This document shows, piece by piece, positions 9,584 through 22,299 of a stretch of DNA of 64,000 nucleotides. The stretch's first letter is position 1. Every line of letters begins with the position of its first letter. The position numbers were made by a program, and so were the translations under genes. This stretch comes from Candidatus Eiseniibacteriota bacterium (GTDB lineage: Bacteria > Eisenbacteria > RBG-16-71-46), in the NCBI GenBank assembly GCA_963744995.1, contig CAVUWA010000002.1:992001-1056000 (forward strand). The letters run 5' to 3'. The notes beneath the pieces are model-generated. The model saw only the letters and a list, made by a program, of their open reading frames with translations, did not search any database and was not told the origin of the DNA.

Positions 9584-10693
9584 ATGGCCGAACGCCGCAA
9601 CAGAGCCAGCGCTGCGGACCCGTCCGGGCGCACGGCCGAGCAGCCGGGCCGGCTCGCCGACCCGGAGGCGTTCCCCGAGGACATCCAGGAGGAATCGCGG
9701 CTCCGGCCGCTCACGCTCGGCGACTTCGTCGGCCAGACCGCGGCCAAGGAGCAGATGGCGATCTTCCTCGAGGCGGCCCGGCGCCGCGGCGAAGCGCTCG
9801 ATCACGTGCTGCTCCATGGCCCGCCCGGGCTCGGCAAGACCACCCTCGCGACGATCGTCGCGAACGAGCTGGGCGTCGAGATCACCCACACCTCCGGGCC
9901 GGTGATCGAGCGCGCCGGCGATCTGGCCGGGCTGCTCACCAACTTGGGTCCGCGCGGCGTGCTGTTCGTCGACGAGATCCATCGCCTGAGCCCGGTCGTC
10001 GAGGAATACCTCTACCCGGCGCTCGAGGACTTCATGCTGGACATCCTGCTCGACCGCGGCCCGAATGCGCGTTCGCTGAAGATCAACCTCGAACGCTTCA
10101 CGCTGGTTGGCGCGACGACCCGCTCCGGCCTGCTGTCGTCGCCGCTGCGCGCGCGTTTCGGCGTGACGCTGCGGCTCGACTACTACGGCGCCGACGATCT
10201 CGCCCGCATCGTGCGGCGCTCGGCCGGGATCCTCGGGGTGTCGATCGACGACGACGCCGCGCTCGAGCTGGCGCGGCGCGCGCGCGGCACCCCGCGCGTG
10301 GCGAACCGGCTGCTGCGTCGGGTACGGGACTACGCGCTCATCAAGGCCGACGGCCACGTGACACTGCCGGTCGCACGCGAGGCGCTGGCCCTGCTCGAAG
10401 TCGACGAGGGCGGGCTCGACGAGATGGACCGCCGCCTGCTCGATGCGCTGATCCACAAGTATCAGGGCGGCCCGGTGGGGCTCGGCACGCTCGCCGTCGT
10501 GGTCGGTGAGGAGTCCGGCACGCTCGAGGACGTTTACGAGCCGTTCCTGGTCCAGGAAGGCTTCATCAAGCGCACGTCGCGCGGCCGCGAGGCCACGGCG
10601 CGCGCGTACCGCCACCTCGGCATCGAACCGCCGCCGGCGCTGGTGCGGGACCGGCGCCGCGGCGACGGGCATCCTGAGCTGCCGCTCGGCTGA
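9584..10693 (+). CDS. ruvB: Holliday junction helicase RuvB
   Basis: [63 protein letters not shown]. Confidence 0.97.
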   Translation: MAERRNRASAADPSGRTAEQPGRLADPEAFPEDIQEESRLRPLTLGDFVGQTAAKEQMAIFLEAARRRGEALDHVLLHGPPGLGKTTLATIVANELGVEITHTSGPVIERAGDLAGLLTNLGPRGVLFVDEIHRLSPVVEEYLYPALEDFMLDILLDRGPNARSLKINLERFTLVGATTRSGLLSSPLRARFGVTLRLDYYGADDLARIVRRSAGILGVSIDDDAALELARRARGTPRVANRLLRRVRDYALIKADGHVTLPVAREALALLEVDEGGLDEMDRRLLDALIHKYQGGPVGLGTLAVVVGEESGTLEDVYEPFLVQEGFIKRTSRGREATARAYRHLGIEPPPALVRDRRRGDGHPELPLG

Positions 10694-10810
10694 CGCCGGG
10701 GGGCGGACCGAACGGGCGGGTCCCGGCCCGGGGGCGGGCGCGCGACGGCCCGCCGGCGCAGCGTCACCGTGCCTGCGCCGCACGTGCCCACGGCCCCGGC
10801 ATTCCAACCC

Positions 10811-11839
10811 ATGCGCATCGAAGATCTCGATTTCGACCTCCCGGAAGCGCTGATCGCCCAGCATCCGGCGGCGCGGCGTGAAGACGCGCGCCTGCTGGTG
10901 GTCGAGCGCACGAGCGGCGCGCTGCACGATACCCGGGTGGCCGCGATCGGCGACTGGCTGCGAGCGGGCGACGCGCTCGCCGTGAACGAGACGCGCGTGC
11001 GGCCCGCTCGGCTGATCGTGCACCGGCCGACCGGCGGCCGCGTCGAACTGTTGTTCGTGAGGCCGGCGACCGCGGGGGAGTGGCTCGTGCTGGCCCGGCC
11101 GGCCAAGCACCTGCCGCTCGGCGCCCGGTTCGAGACCGACGACGGTGCACTCACGTTCCGGGTCACGGCCGTGGGTGACGCGGGGGAGCGCCGGGTGCGG
11201 GTGATCGAGGGCGACCTCGACGTCACGCTCGCGCGCGAGGGCCTGATGCCGCTGCCGCCGTACATCGACCGCGAGCCGACCAGCGAGGACGTGGAGCGCT
11301 ACCAGACCGTCTACGCGCGCACCGACGGCGCCGTGGCCGCGCCGACCGCGGGACTGCACTTCTCGACGGCACTGCTCGACACGCTTGCCGCGCGCGGCGT
11401 CGCCCGCGTCCCGCTGCTGCTGCACGTCGGGCCCGGCACGTTCCGCCCGATCACGGCGCAAGACCCCGCGGCGCATCGGATGGACGCCGAGTGGTACGAA
11501 TTGACCGCGGATGCGGCGGACCGCCTCCGCGCCGCCCGCGCCGCGGGCGGGCGCATCGTGGCCGTGGGCACGACGACCGTACGCACCCTGGAGTCTGCGT
11601 GCGACGCGCACGGCGGCCGGCTCGAGGCGCATTCGGGATGGACGCGCAAGTTCATCCTGCCGCCCTACCGGTTCCAGGCGGTCGACCTGCTGCTCACCAA
11701 CTTCCACCTGCCGCGCACGACGCTGCTGCTGCTGGTCGGCGCGTTCGCCGGCGCCGAGCTGCTGCGCCGCGCCTATGCGCACGCGATCCGCGAGCGCTAC
11801 CGGTTCTACTCGTACGGGGACGCGATGCTGGTGGTGTAG
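10811..11839 (+). CDS. queA: S-adenosylmethionine:tRNA ribosyltransferase-isomerase
   Basis: DFDLPEALIAQHP, PLPPYI, RYQTVYA, GAVAAPTAGLHF, LHVGPGTFRP, TNFHLP, YRFYSYGDAML. Confidence 0.97.
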   Translation: MRIEDLDFDLPEALIAQHPAARREDARLLVVERTSGALHDTRVAAIGDWLRAGDALAVNETRVRPARLIVHRPTGGRVELLFVRPATAGEWLVLARPAKHLPLGARFETDDGALTFRVTAVGDAGERRVRVIEGDLDVTLAREGLMPLPPYIDREPTSEDVERYQTVYARTDGAVAAPTAGLHFSTALLDTLAARGVARVPLLLHVGPGTFRPITAQDPAAHRMDAEWYELTADAADRLRAARAAGGRIVAVGTTTVRTLESACDAHGGRLEAHSGWTRKFILPPYRFQAVDLLLTNFHLPRTTLLLLVGAFAGAELLRRAYAHAIRERYRFYSYGDAMLVV

Positions 11840-11869
11840 ATCGGGCGCGGGAACGGACGCACCCGGCGG

Positions 11870-13420
<1,551 letters not shown>

Positions 13421-13570
13421 GGATTCCTCCAGGCTGGTGGCGTGCGCGAGGGTAGGGACGCCATCGGGGCCGGTCAAGGCGCTCCGGAGCTTCTGGCCTT
13501 CGCCCGGCCGGAATGGTAGAAAGGCGGCTCGCAGGGGCCATGCGCCCGCACTCCCAGGGAGGTCTCGAGC

Positions 13571-15475
13571 ATGCAGCAGTTGCTCGTCAGCATGCCGTCG
13601 TGGGTGCCCGGGTTCCTCACGGCCCTGATCCTCGCGGCGACGATCTACGGGTTCATCCGCGAGAAGCTGTCGCCCGATCTCACCAGCCTGCTCGCGCTGC
13701 TGGCTCTGCTGATCGCGGGCGTCCTCACACCGCAGGAAGCCTTCTCGGGCTTCAGCCATCCGGCGACGGTTTCGGTGGCGGCGGTGCTGGTCCTCTCGGC
13801 CGGGCTCAACCGTACGGGCGCGCTGGGGTTCGTCGCGCGGCGGCTCCTGATGCCGGTCGGCAGGTCGGAGTTCCTGCTCTCGCTGGTGCTGATGAGCGCG
13901 ATCGGCGCCCTCTCCGCGTTCGTCAACAACACGGCCGCGGTGGCCGTGTTCATTCCGGTCGTGCTCGAGATCAGCCGGCGCACCGGCGTCGCCGCGAGCC
14001 GCCTGCTGATGCCGATGTCGTACGCGGCGACGCTCGGCGGCATGTGCACGCTGATCGGCACGTCGACCAATCTGGTCGGTCACTCGGTCGCGCGATTCCA
14101 GGGATTCCCGGGCTACCGCATGTTCGAGCTCGGCCAGGTCGGCCTGCCCATGCTGATCGGCGGCTTCGCGTACCTGCTGTTCGTCGGCCGCTTCCTGCTG
14201 CCGCGCCGCGAGACCGGCGTCGAAGCGCTGCCGGGCCGCACCGGACCCTACCTTTCGGAGCTCGAAGTCATCGAGGGCTCGCCCTGGATCGCGCGGGCGG
14301 TGAAGCCCGCGGACCTGCGCCGCGACCACGATCTCGAGCTGGTGGACGTCGTGCGCGCGGGGCGCCCGCTCACGATCCAGGAACAGGGCGAGCGCTACCA
14401 GGCCGGCGATCGCCTGCGCGTGCGCGGCGCACTCGAGGACGTGCTTTCGCTGGCCGCGCGCAACGGTCTCGATCTGCATCGGCCCGACTCCTGGAAGCTG
14501 CAGACCGATGACGGCGGGACCGCCGCCGGCGAGACGGCCGCGGCTGCGGCGGCCGCGGGCGATGCCGACGCCGCGCCCGCCGCGCGCGAGGGGAGCGAGC
14601 GTTCCGAGCAGGGGCTGCCGCTCGCCGAGTATGTGGTGCTGCCCGGTGCTTCGCTGATCGGCCGTACGATCAAGGCGCTGCGTTTCGCCGACCGCTACGA
14701 CGCGCTCGTGCTCGCCCTGCACCGGCCCGGCGAGCGGCTCTCCGATCGCCCGAACACCACCCCGCTCAGGGCCGGCGACGTGCTCGTGCTGGAAGGCACG
14801 GCGCTCGCCCTGAATCAGATCGCACGCACGCCGGGGTTCCTGCTGGTCGGTTCCCTGCAGCGGCCCGACGAGCGCGCGGGCCGGCTGTGGATCGCGCTGC
14901 TGACGATCGCCGGGGTGGTGCTGTCGGTCTCGACGGGACTGCTGCCGATCGTGACCGCGGCGAGCGCCGGGTGTGCGGTGCTGATGCTGACCGGCTGCCT
15001 GACGCCGCGCGAGGCGTATCAGGCGATCGACTGGCGCATCATTTTCGTGCTCGCCGGCGCACTCGCGCTCGCCACGGCACTCGAGAAGACCGGACTCACC
15101 ACCGCGGTCGCGGGCTCGCTGGCCGACCTCACGCGGGTTGCGGGCCCCGTGTGGGTGATGGCCGCGTTCTTCCTCGCCACGAGCCTCCTCTCGACGCTCA
15201 TCTCCAACGCCGGAACCGTCGCGCTCGTCGGGCCGATCGCCGTCTCGAGCGCGGTGCAGATGGGGATCAACCCGATGGCGCTGCTCACCGCGGTGACGCT
15301 CGGCGCCTCGTGCTCGTTCGCAACGCCCATCGGCTACCAGACGAACCTCATGATCTACGGTCCGGGCGGCTACCGGTTCAACGACTTCGTGCGCGTGGGG
15401 CTGCCGCTCACGGCCCTGCTGGCGGTCATCGCGATCTGGCTGATTCCGTGGTTCTGGCCGCTGCTGTCGCCGTGA
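13571..15475 (+). CDS. SLC13/CitMHS-like permease with TrkA-C domains
   Basis: [32 protein letters not shown], central TrkA-C repeats, [24 protein letters not shown]. Confidence 0.9.
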   Translation: MQQLLVSMPSWVPGFLTALILAATIYGFIREKLSPDLTSLLALLALLIAGVLTPQEAFSGFSHPATVSVAAVLVLSAGLNRTGALGFVARRLLMPVGRSEFLLSLVLMSAIGALSAFVNNTAAVAVFIPVVLEISRRTGVAASRLLMPMSYAATLGGMCTLIGTSTNLVGHSVARFQGFPGYRMFELGQVGLPMLIGGFAYLLFVGRFLLPRRETGVEALPGRTGPYLSELEVIEGSPWIARAVKPADLRRDHDLELVDVVRAGRPLTIQEQGERYQAGDRLRVRGALEDVLSLAARNGLDLHRPDSWKLQTDDGGTAAGETAAAAAAAGDADAAPAAREGSERSEQGLPLAEYVVLPGASLIGRTIKALRFADRYDALVLALHRPGERLSDRPNTTPLRAGDVLVLEGTALALNQIARTPGFLLVGSLQRPDERAGRLWIALLTIAGVVLSVSTGLLPIVTAASAGCAVLMLTGCLTPREAYQAIDWRIIFVLAGALALATALEKTGLTTAVAGSLADLTRVAGPVWVMAAFFLATSLLSTLISNAGTVALVGPIAVSSAVQMGINPMALLTAVTLGASCSFATPIGYQTNLMIYGPGGYRFNDFVRVGLPLTALLAVIAIWLIPWFWPLLSP

Positions 15476-15556
15476 GCGCGGCCGCGTGCTAGCCTCGGGG
15501 CTTCGTCCGCGACGCTCCGGCGCCGCGATTCCGAGTCGACCGTCACGGGAGTACCG

Positions 15557-16018
15557 ATGAGCCAGCCCAGCATCCTCGAACGGATCCAGAAGGACCTCGC
15601 CGCAGCGATGAAGGAGCGCGACGCCGACACCACCAGCACGCTGCGCATGCTCAAAGCCGCGATCATGGAAGCCAAGACCCGCAAGGCGAAGGACGAGATG
15701 CTCGGCGCCGACGAAGAGATTGCGGTGCTGCGGCGCTACGTGAAGCAGCGGCGCGAGGCGCTGGAGAGCATGAAGGGTGCGGGGGACGCGGCGCGGGCGG
15801 CGAGCGAGGAGCGCGAGATCGCCGTGACCGAGCGCTATCTGCCCGCGGCGATGAGCGAGACGGAACTCGCCGCGCTCATCGACGCGGCGATCGCCGCCAC
15901 GGGCGCGGCCGGGCCCAGGGACATGGGCAAGGTGATCGGCGTCGTGATGGCGAAGGCCGGTGCGCGGGCGGACGGCGGTACGGTATCGAAGGCGGTCAAG
16001 GCGAAGCTGGCGCCGTAG
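15557..16018 (+). CDS. GatB/YqeY domain protein
   Basis: [35 protein letters not shown]. Confidence 0.92.
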   Translation: MSQPSILERIQKDLAAAMKERDADTTSTLRMLKAAIMEAKTRKAKDEMLGADEEIAVLRRYVKQRREALESMKGAGDAARAASEEREIAVTERYLPAAMSETELAALIDAAIAATGAAGPRDMGKVIGVVMAKAGARADGGTVSKAVKAKLAP

Positions 16019-16072
16019 CCACGGCGCTGCGCCGCCGCGCGCACGGGCCGCGGCCGGCCGGCGCCGCCGCGC

Positions 16073-17392
16073 TCAGCTGCTCCGGGCGGCGACCACCAGC
16101 GCGGTGATGTCGTCGCTCTGTGCGGCGTCGCCGCGGAACTCCGCCACCTCCTTGAACAGTCGCGGGATCATCTCGCGCGTCGGCAGCGCGCCGCACACGC
16201 CCCAGAGGTCGCGCAGGCGCTCGTCGCTGAACTGGTCTTCCTTCGAGTTCTCGGCTTCCGAAATGCCGTCGCTGTAGAGCAGCAGCGCGTCGCCGGGATT
16301 GAACGGCACTTCGACTTCCTCGTATTCGACCCCTTCGAGGATGCCCAGGATCAGCCCGCTGTTGTCGAGCCAGTGCACGCTGCCGTCGGCGCGCCTCAGC
16401 AGCGGGTAGTTGTGCCCCGCATTGGAGTAGCGCAGCAGGCCGCGCGCGTGGTCGATCTCGGCATAGAACAGCGTGACGAACTTGCCGGCCGCGCTCGCGC
16501 GCGCCACGCTGCGGTTCAGGAGGCTCACCGCCTCGGGCAGGCTGCGGCTCCCGTCGCAGAACGCGCGCAGCGAGGCCTGCAGGTTCGACATGAGCAGTGA
16601 GGCGGGGACGCCCTTGCCGGACACGTCGGCGAGCGTGATGCCGAAACGGTTCTCGTCGAGCTCGAAGTAGTCGAAGTAATCGCCGCCCACCTGGCGGGCC
16701 GGGATGACCATGCCGTGCACTTCCCACGGGCCCGCGGCCATCGGCCGGGCGGGGACCAGGCCCATCTGGATGTCGCGCGCCAGGTCGAGTTCACGCTCCA
16801 TCTGGCGCTTCTCCTTCTCGAGCTCCTCCTTCTTCGCGGCCTCGGCGCGCAGCCGCGCCTGCTCGATCACCCCGGCGGAGTTGCTGGCGACGATCGTCAG
16901 CAGCTGGACGGCGTCCGCGTTCCACTCGCGTCCGGGTTCCAGGGTCGTGACGGCGAGCATGCCGGTCACCCGGTTGTCGATCCGCAGCGGCACCGCCAGC
17001 ACGCCGCGGATGCGGGTGCTCACGCTCCGCAAGCCGGGGAAGCGGGGGTCCGACAGCAGGTCGGGAGTGGACAGCGCCTCGCCCTTGTACATCAGGAAGC
17101 CCATCACGGTGGTCGTTACCGGCATCGGCCAGGAGCCGGATTCGATCACGCCCGCGGCGGGCTGGCGGATGATGGTCTGTGCGGTCGGCGAGGCCGAGTC
17201 CGGGCCGAGCAGCTTGATCGAGCCCTCGTCGGCGCCGAGCATCGAGGTGGTCTTGCGCACGATCCAGTCGAGGATCGGCTCGAGCTCGGTGTTGGAGGCG
17301 ACGACCGAGCAGAGTTCGGAGAGGAACTCGAGTTCGGCCCGCAGTCGCTGGGCATTGTCGGTGTCGGCCGGGGGGCCGGTCGGGACGGTCAT
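16073..17392 (-). CDS. GAF + SpoIIE/RsbU PP2C-type phosphatase
   Basis: GAF domain (LAVPLRIDNRVTGML), coiled coil, VGGDYFD, ADVSGKG, NAGHN, YSDGISE, DDIT. Confidence 0.92.
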   Translation of the reverse strand: MTVPTGPPADTDNAQRLRAELEFLSELCSVVASNTELEPILDWIVRKTTSMLGADEGSIKLLGPDSASPTAQTIIRQPAAGVIESGSWPMPVTTTVMGFLMYKGEALSTPDLLSDPRFPGLRSVSTRIRGVLAVPLRIDNRVTGMLAVTTLEPGREWNADAVQLLTIVASNSAGVIEQARLRAEAAKKEELEKEKRQMERELDLARDIQMGLVPARPMAAGPWEVHGMVIPARQVGGDYFDYFELDENRFGITLADVSGKGVPASLLMSNLQASLRAFCDGSRSLPEAVSLLNRSVARASAAGKFVTLFYAEIDHARGLLRYSNAGHNYPLLRRADGSVHWLDNSGLILGILEGVEYEEVEVPFNPGDALLLYSDGISEAENSKEDQFSDERLRDLWGVCGALPTREMIPRLFKEVAEFRGDAAQSDDITALVVAARSS

Positions 17393-17571
17393 GGAGGGCT
17401 CCTGCCTGTCGGGAAGGACCGGAACCCGCTCATTCTATGGGGCGCCCGGCGCCGGCACAAGGTCCCGCCTGCGGAACCCGCGCTGTCTGAATGGCTTGTG
17501 ACCGCGTTCCCGGGTTCCTATACTGCCGATTCGATCACCCCGAGTCCGGCCCATCCACCCGTTCGAGAGCC

Positions 17572-18372
17572 ATGACCGCTTCCGCCACCGTCACCTATCG
17601 CTTCCTGAAGCTGGAGCACCGCGGCCCCGTCACGGTGCTTCACGTGCACCGCCCCGAGGTCCTGAATGCGCTCAACCGCGACACCCTCGCGGAGATCGAC
17701 GCAGCCACACGGCGTTTCGTCGAAGCTCCGGGCGAAGAGGCGCTGATCGTGACCGGCTCGGGCGAGAAGAGTTTCATTTCCGGCGCCGACATCAACGAGC
17801 TGGCCGTGCTCGATCCGCGCGGCGCGGAGGACGTTTCCCGCTTCGGCCAGGCCGTGGTCGCGCGCCTCGAGGCGTCGCCCAAGCCGGTCATCGCGGCGAT
17901 CAACGGCTACGCGTTCGGCGGCGGTTTCGAGCTGGCGCTGGCCTGCCACATGCGCTTCGCTTCGGAGAACGCCGTCATGGGGCTGCCCGAGGTGAGCCTC
18001 GGCATCATTCCCGGCTACGGCGGGACCCAGCGCCTGCCGCGGCTGATCGGTCCCGGCCGCGCGACGGAGCTGGTGCTCTCCGGCCGCCGCGTCAAGGCGG
18101 AGGAGGCCGAGCGCATCGGCATCGTCAACCGCGTCTTTCCGCGCGAGCAGCTGCTCGAGGAGACGGAGAAGATCGCGCTCGGCATTCTCAAGAACGGACC
18201 GCTCGCCGTGGAAGCTGCGCTCGAAGCCGTGCAGCGCGGCATGCAGCTGCCGCTCGATCAGGGCCTGCGCTTCGAAAGCGGCCGCTTCGGCATGCTGGCC
18301 GCCAGCGCCGACATGCACGAAGGTCTGAACGCGTTCCTGGAAAAGCGCCCGGCACGATTCGAGCGCAGGTAG
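17572..18372 (+). CDS. Enoyl-CoA hydratase (crotonase family)
   Basis: LNALN, FISGADI, KPVIAAINGYAFGGGFELALAC, GLPEVSLGIIPGYGGTQRLPR. Confidence 0.93.
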   Translation: MTASATVTYRFLKLEHRGPVTVLHVHRPEVLNALNRDTLAEIDAATRRFVEAPGEEALIVTGSGEKSFISGADINELAVLDPRGAEDVSRFGQAVVARLEASPKPVIAAINGYAFGGGFELALACHMRFASENAVMGLPEVSLGIIPGYGGTQRLPRLIGPGRATELVLSGRRVKAEEAERIGIVNRVFPREQLLEETEKIALGILKNGPLAVEAALEAVQRGMQLPLDQGLRFESGRFGMLAASADMHEGLNAFLEKRPARFERR

Positions 18373-18425
18373 ACGCGGGTGGCCGCACGCGGCCGGCCGC
18401 GCCGAACGACCGCAAGGAGGCGGCC

Positions 18426-18863
18426 ATGATGTACGATCTGATCCCGATGTTGGTGTCCACCGGCCTCGGCACGCTCGTGGGGCTGGAACGGCACGCGGGC
18501 GGCAAGCCCGCGGGGCTGCGCACGCACGTGCTGGTGTGCCTCGGGTCCACGATGTTCGTGCTCACGGCGGCGCATGCCTGGCAGTCGATCGGCGGGCCGA
18601 ACCTCGATCCGACGCGCGTGATCCACGGGGTCGTCACCGGCGTCGGCTTCCTCGGCGCGGGCGCGATCCTGCAGCACCGGGGCAACGTGTTCGGACTCAC
18701 GACCGCGGCCAGCATCTGGATGGTGGCGGCGATCGGCGTCGCCGTCGGCGTGCATGCCTACGCGCTCGGCGTGATCGGGTCCGTGCTCGCCCTCATCGTG
18801 CTCGAGGGGTTCCGCTGGGCCGAGAAGAGGATCCTGCCCGACCCCTACGGAGAGCCGCGGTAG
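18426..18863 (+). CDS. MgtC/SapB family membrane protein (short form)
   Basis: GLER...KPAGLRTH, DPTRV..GVVTGVGFLGAG, GLTTAASIW. Confidence 0.92.
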   Translation: MMYDLIPMLVSTGLGTLVGLERHAGGKPAGLRTHVLVCLGSTMFVLTAAHAWQSIGGPNLDPTRVIHGVVTGVGFLGAGAILQHRGNVFGLTTAASIWMVAAIGVAVGVHAYALGVIGSVLALIVLEGFRWAEKRILPDPYGEPR

Positions 18864-18975
18864 GCTGCACGATGCAGGGGCCAGAGGCTCGTGAATCGTC
18901 CACGCGGGCCGCAGCCGTGATGCGGCACCGGGCGGCCGCACGAGCGCCGGGATCGCTCCCGGCGCCGGCCGCAGC

Positions 18976-21900
18976 ATGGCGCCCCGGCCCCGAGGATGCA
19001 CTCCGAACTTGAGCGAACCCGGCACCCTCATCGGACCCTACGAAATCGTCACCCGCCTCGGCGAAGGCGGGATGGGCGAGGTGTTCCTCGCGCGCGACAC
19101 GCGTCTCGGCCGCGAGGTGGCGGTGAAGATGCTGCCCGCCGACGTCGCGACCGATCCCGATCGGCTCGGCCGGTTCCGGCGTGAAGCGCTCACGCTGGCG
19201 GCACTCAATCACCCGAACATCGCCACCATCCACGGCTTCGAAGAGACCTCGCGCGGCGCGCTCGCGTTGATCCTCGAGCGCGTCCAGGGCGAGACTCTGG
19301 GCGACCGCCTGAAGCGCGGTCTCCCGCCGATCGAGGAAGCGCTCGGGATCTGCGCGCAGATCTGCGAGGCGCTCGAGGTGGCGCATCAGCAGGGCGTGAT
19401 CCACAGGGATCTCAAACCCGGCAACGTGATGATCGGTCCGCGCGGGCTCGTGAAGGTGCTGGACTTCGGTCTCGCCCGGAGCGTGGACGGAGCCGAGGAG
19501 GCGAAGCGGCCGGAAGACGGCGACGCGGCAGCGCCGGTCGCGACCGCACCCTCGCCGCCGGCCAAGCCCGGGAGTTCCACCGCGCCCTCGCTGCCCGGCG
19601 ACGACACCCGCACCCAGGTCGGCGCCGTGGTCGGGACGCCGGGCTACATGAGCCCCGAGCAGGCGATGGGCGTGCCGCACGACGCGCGCGCCGACGTGTT
19701 CTCGTTCGGTTGCGTGATGTACGAGCTGGTGACGGGCAGGCGCGCCTTTCCCGCGGCGAACGACTTCGAGGCCATGGCGGCCGTCATGTACGCCCCGCAC
19801 GACATGGCGGCGCTTCCCGAGCGCACGCCGCCCAGGATTCGCGAGCTGATCGACCGCTGCCTGCAGAAGGATCCCGAGCAGCGCATCGCCGACTTCGGCA
19901 CGATCCGCCGCGAGATCGAAGAAGTGCTCGGCATCCGGCGCGCCTCGGCCCTGCGAACCGGGGAAGAGAGAGTCGCGACTCCGAACAACCTGCCGAAGCA
20001 GCTGCCGCGGCTGATCGGACGCGAAGCCGAGCTGGACGCCTGTCGCGAGCGCATCCGGAACTCGGCCGTGCTGACGCTCACCGGCGTCGGCGGCTGCGGC
20101 AAGACCCGGCTCGCGTTCGCGCTCGGCGAATCGCAGCTCGACGCGCGCACCGACGGCGTCTGGTTCGCCGACCTGGCCCCGCTCACCGCGGGCGAGCGCG
20201 TGATCGAAACCGCGGCGCTGGCCATGGGCGTCCGCGAAGAGCCGGGGCGGCCGCTCCTCGAGGTCCTGATCGAGCATCTGGCGCCGCGCCGCGTGATGCT
20301 GATTCTCGACAACTGCGAGCACCTGATCGGGGCGTGCGCGGCGCTCGCCACGGCGCTCACGCAGGGCTGCCCCGAACTGCGCATCGTCGCGACCAGTCGC
20401 GAGGCGCTCGGTGTCCAGGGCGAGTCGGTGTACGCGGTGCCGACGCTCGGCCTGCCGGACCCGGCGGAGCGCGGCGCGGCGAAGATCGCGGCCAGCGAAG
20501 CGGTGCGGCTGTTCGCCGAACGCGCGGCCGCGGTGCGGCCCGGCTTCGAGATCGGGGACGACAACGCCGCGATCGTGGCCGAGATCTGCCGGCGGCTCGA
20601 CGGCATTCCGCTCGCGATCGAGCTCGCCGCCGCGCGGGTCAAGATCCTCGAGGTCGGGCAGATTCACGAGAAGCTCGACGACCGCTTCCGGCTGCTCACC
20701 GGCGGCAGCCGCACCGCGCTGCCGCGCCAGCAGACGCTGCGTGCCACGATCCAGTGGAGCTACGACCAGCTGCACGACGAAGAGCGCCAGATGATGCGCG
20801 CCCTGGCCGTGTTCGCGGGCGGCTGGACGCTCGGTTCGGCGACCGCGATCTGCATGGAAGGCGGAGACGAATTCGAGGTGCTCGACCTGCTCGCACGGCT
20901 CGCCGACAAGTCGCTGGTCGTGGTGGATCGCGGCGGTGGCGGCGCCGCGCGCTACCGGTTCCTCGAAACCGTTCGCGAGTACGCGATCGAGCAGCTGAAG
21001 GCCTCGGGCGAGGAACCGGCGTTGCGTGAACGTCACCTGAGCTACTTCCTCGCGCTCGGGGAGACGGCAGAGAAGCAGCTCAGCGGCCCGAAGCAGGCGG
21101 AGTGGCTGGTGGCGCTCGAAACCGAGCACGAGAACCTGCTGGCGAGCATGGCGTGGTGCGGAGAGAAGCCGGACGGTGCGGAGTCGGCGCTGCGCCTGGC
21201 CGGTTCGATTTCGCGCTTCTGGTCGGTGCACGGGCACTATGAAATCGCGCGCCGGGCTCTGATGCAGGCGCTGGCCCTGGGGGATCCGAACGCCGCGACC
21301 GCGCCGCGGGCGAACGCGCTGGTGCGCACGGCGACGTTCGCGCTGCTCCAGGGCGACCCGGACGCGGCGAAGGGTCTGCTCGAGCGCGCCGCGGAAATGT
21401 ATCGCGGGCTCGACGATGCGCCCGGTGCGGCGCGCGCGCTCAGCGGGCTGTCGTCCGTGGCGCTGGCGCGGATGGACTTCGAGGCGGCGGAACGTCTGGG
21501 CGGGGAGGCTTACGCGACCTACGAGAGCCTCGGCCTGAAGCGCGGGATGGGCGTGTCGAGACACAATCAGGGCTTCGCGGCCCGCTGCCGCGGGGACCTG
21601 GCGCTGTCCCGCACGTGCTACGAGCAGGCCCTCGACCTGCTGCGCGAGGTGGGCGATCAGGAACACTTCGCCCTGACCGAGGCGGATCTGGGGGTGACGC
21701 TGATCCGGCTCGGCGATCTCGCGACGGCTCGCGCGAAGCTGCTGGACGCGCTCCGGCTCGGGCGCGGGTTCGAGGCCACGCGGGTGACGGAGAGCGTGCT
21801 GGACGGCAGCGCGGAGCTGGCGCTGGCGAGCGGGGATGCGCGCACGGCCCTGCGGTTGAGCGCCGCCGGGGGGCACATCCGTTCCGCGGTGGGGCTCACG

Positions 21901-22065
21901 CTGAGTCCGTTCGAGGAACAGGAACACGACCGTTTCATTTCCGCCATCCGGGAACGCCTCCAGCCGGAGGAGGCGGCAGCGGTCGTGGCCGAGGTTCAGG
22001 GGATCGACCTCGACACCGCCGCATCCGAAGCACTCGCCTGGCTCGAAACGGACGCCGGCCCCTGA
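18976..22065 (+). CDS. Ser/Thr kinase - STAND (AfsR-like) ATPase - TPR fusion
   Basis: GEGGMGEV, VAVK, HRDLKPGN, DFG, GTPGYMSPE; GVGGCGKT, LILDNCE, LDGIPLAIELAAAR, WSY; C-terminal TPR-like helices. Start may be the TTG at 19009. Confidence 0.9.
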   Translation: MAPRPRGCTPNLSEPGTLIGPYEIVTRLGEGGMGEVFLARDTRLGREVAVKMLPADVATDPDRLGRFRREALTLAALNHPNIATIHGFEETSRGALALILERVQGETLGDRLKRGLPPIEEALGICAQICEALEVAHQQGVIHRDLKPGNVMIGPRGLVKVLDFGLARSVDGAEEAKRPEDGDAAAPVATAPSPPAKPGSSTAPSLPGDDTRTQVGAVVGTPGYMSPEQAMGVPHDARADVFSFGCVMYELVTGRRAFPAANDFEAMAAVMYAPHDMAALPERTPPRIRELIDRCLQKDPEQRIADFGTIRREIEEVLGIRRASALRTGEERVATPNNLPKQLPRLIGREAELDACRERIRNSAVLTLTGVGGCGKTRLAFALGESQLDARTDGVWFADLAPLTAGERVIETAALAMGVREEPGRPLLEVLIEHLAPRRVMLILDNCEHLIGACAALATALTQGCPELRIVATSREALGVQGESVYAVPTLGLPDPAERGAAKIAASEAVRLFAERAAAVRPGFEIGDDNAAIVAEICRRLDGIPLAIELAAARVKILEVGQIHEKLDDRFRLLTGGSRTALPRQQTLRATIQWSYDQLHDEERQMMRALAVFAGGWTLGSATAICMEGGDEFEVLDLLARLADKSLVVVDRGGGGAARYRFLETVREYAIEQLKASGEEPALRERHLSYFLALGETAEKQLSGPKQAEWLVALETEHENLLASMAWCGEKPDGAESALRLAGSISRFWSVHGHYEIARRALMQALALGDPNAATAPRANALVRTATFALLQGDPDAAKGLLERAAEMYRGLDDAPGAARALSGLSSVALARMDFEAAERLGGEAYATYESLGLKRGMGVSRHNQGFAARCRGDLALSRTCYEQALDLLREVGDQEHFALTEADLGVTLIRLGDLATARAKLLDALRLGRGFEATRVTESVLDGSAELALASGDARTALRLSAAGGHIRSAVGLTLSPFEEQEHDRFISAIRERLQPEEAAAVVAEVQGIDLDTAASEALAWLETDAGP

Positions 22066-22299
22066 GCGCAGTCCGGGAGGCTGGGGCGTGCCATCCGGTG
22101 CCGGTGCACCGGGTTGTGGACCGTAAAACGGTCATAATTCGTGTTCCGCGAGTCCCTATCTGGCGTATCATTACCTGAGCCTCAGCCCCGTTCCTGCTCG
22201 ATTCGAGGGGACCCTGGGCCGTTGAGGGTCAGGACGATCCCCACCGCGCTGGCCGTTTCTCCTTGCTTGTCTGGATCACGACTTTCAACGAGGTGACGC

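Noticed and set aside
13421..14722. 950-aa fusion form of the carboxyltransferase
   Set aside because: The extension is antisense to the SLC13 permease; a TTG start with GGAGG at 13420 gives a normal-length protein.
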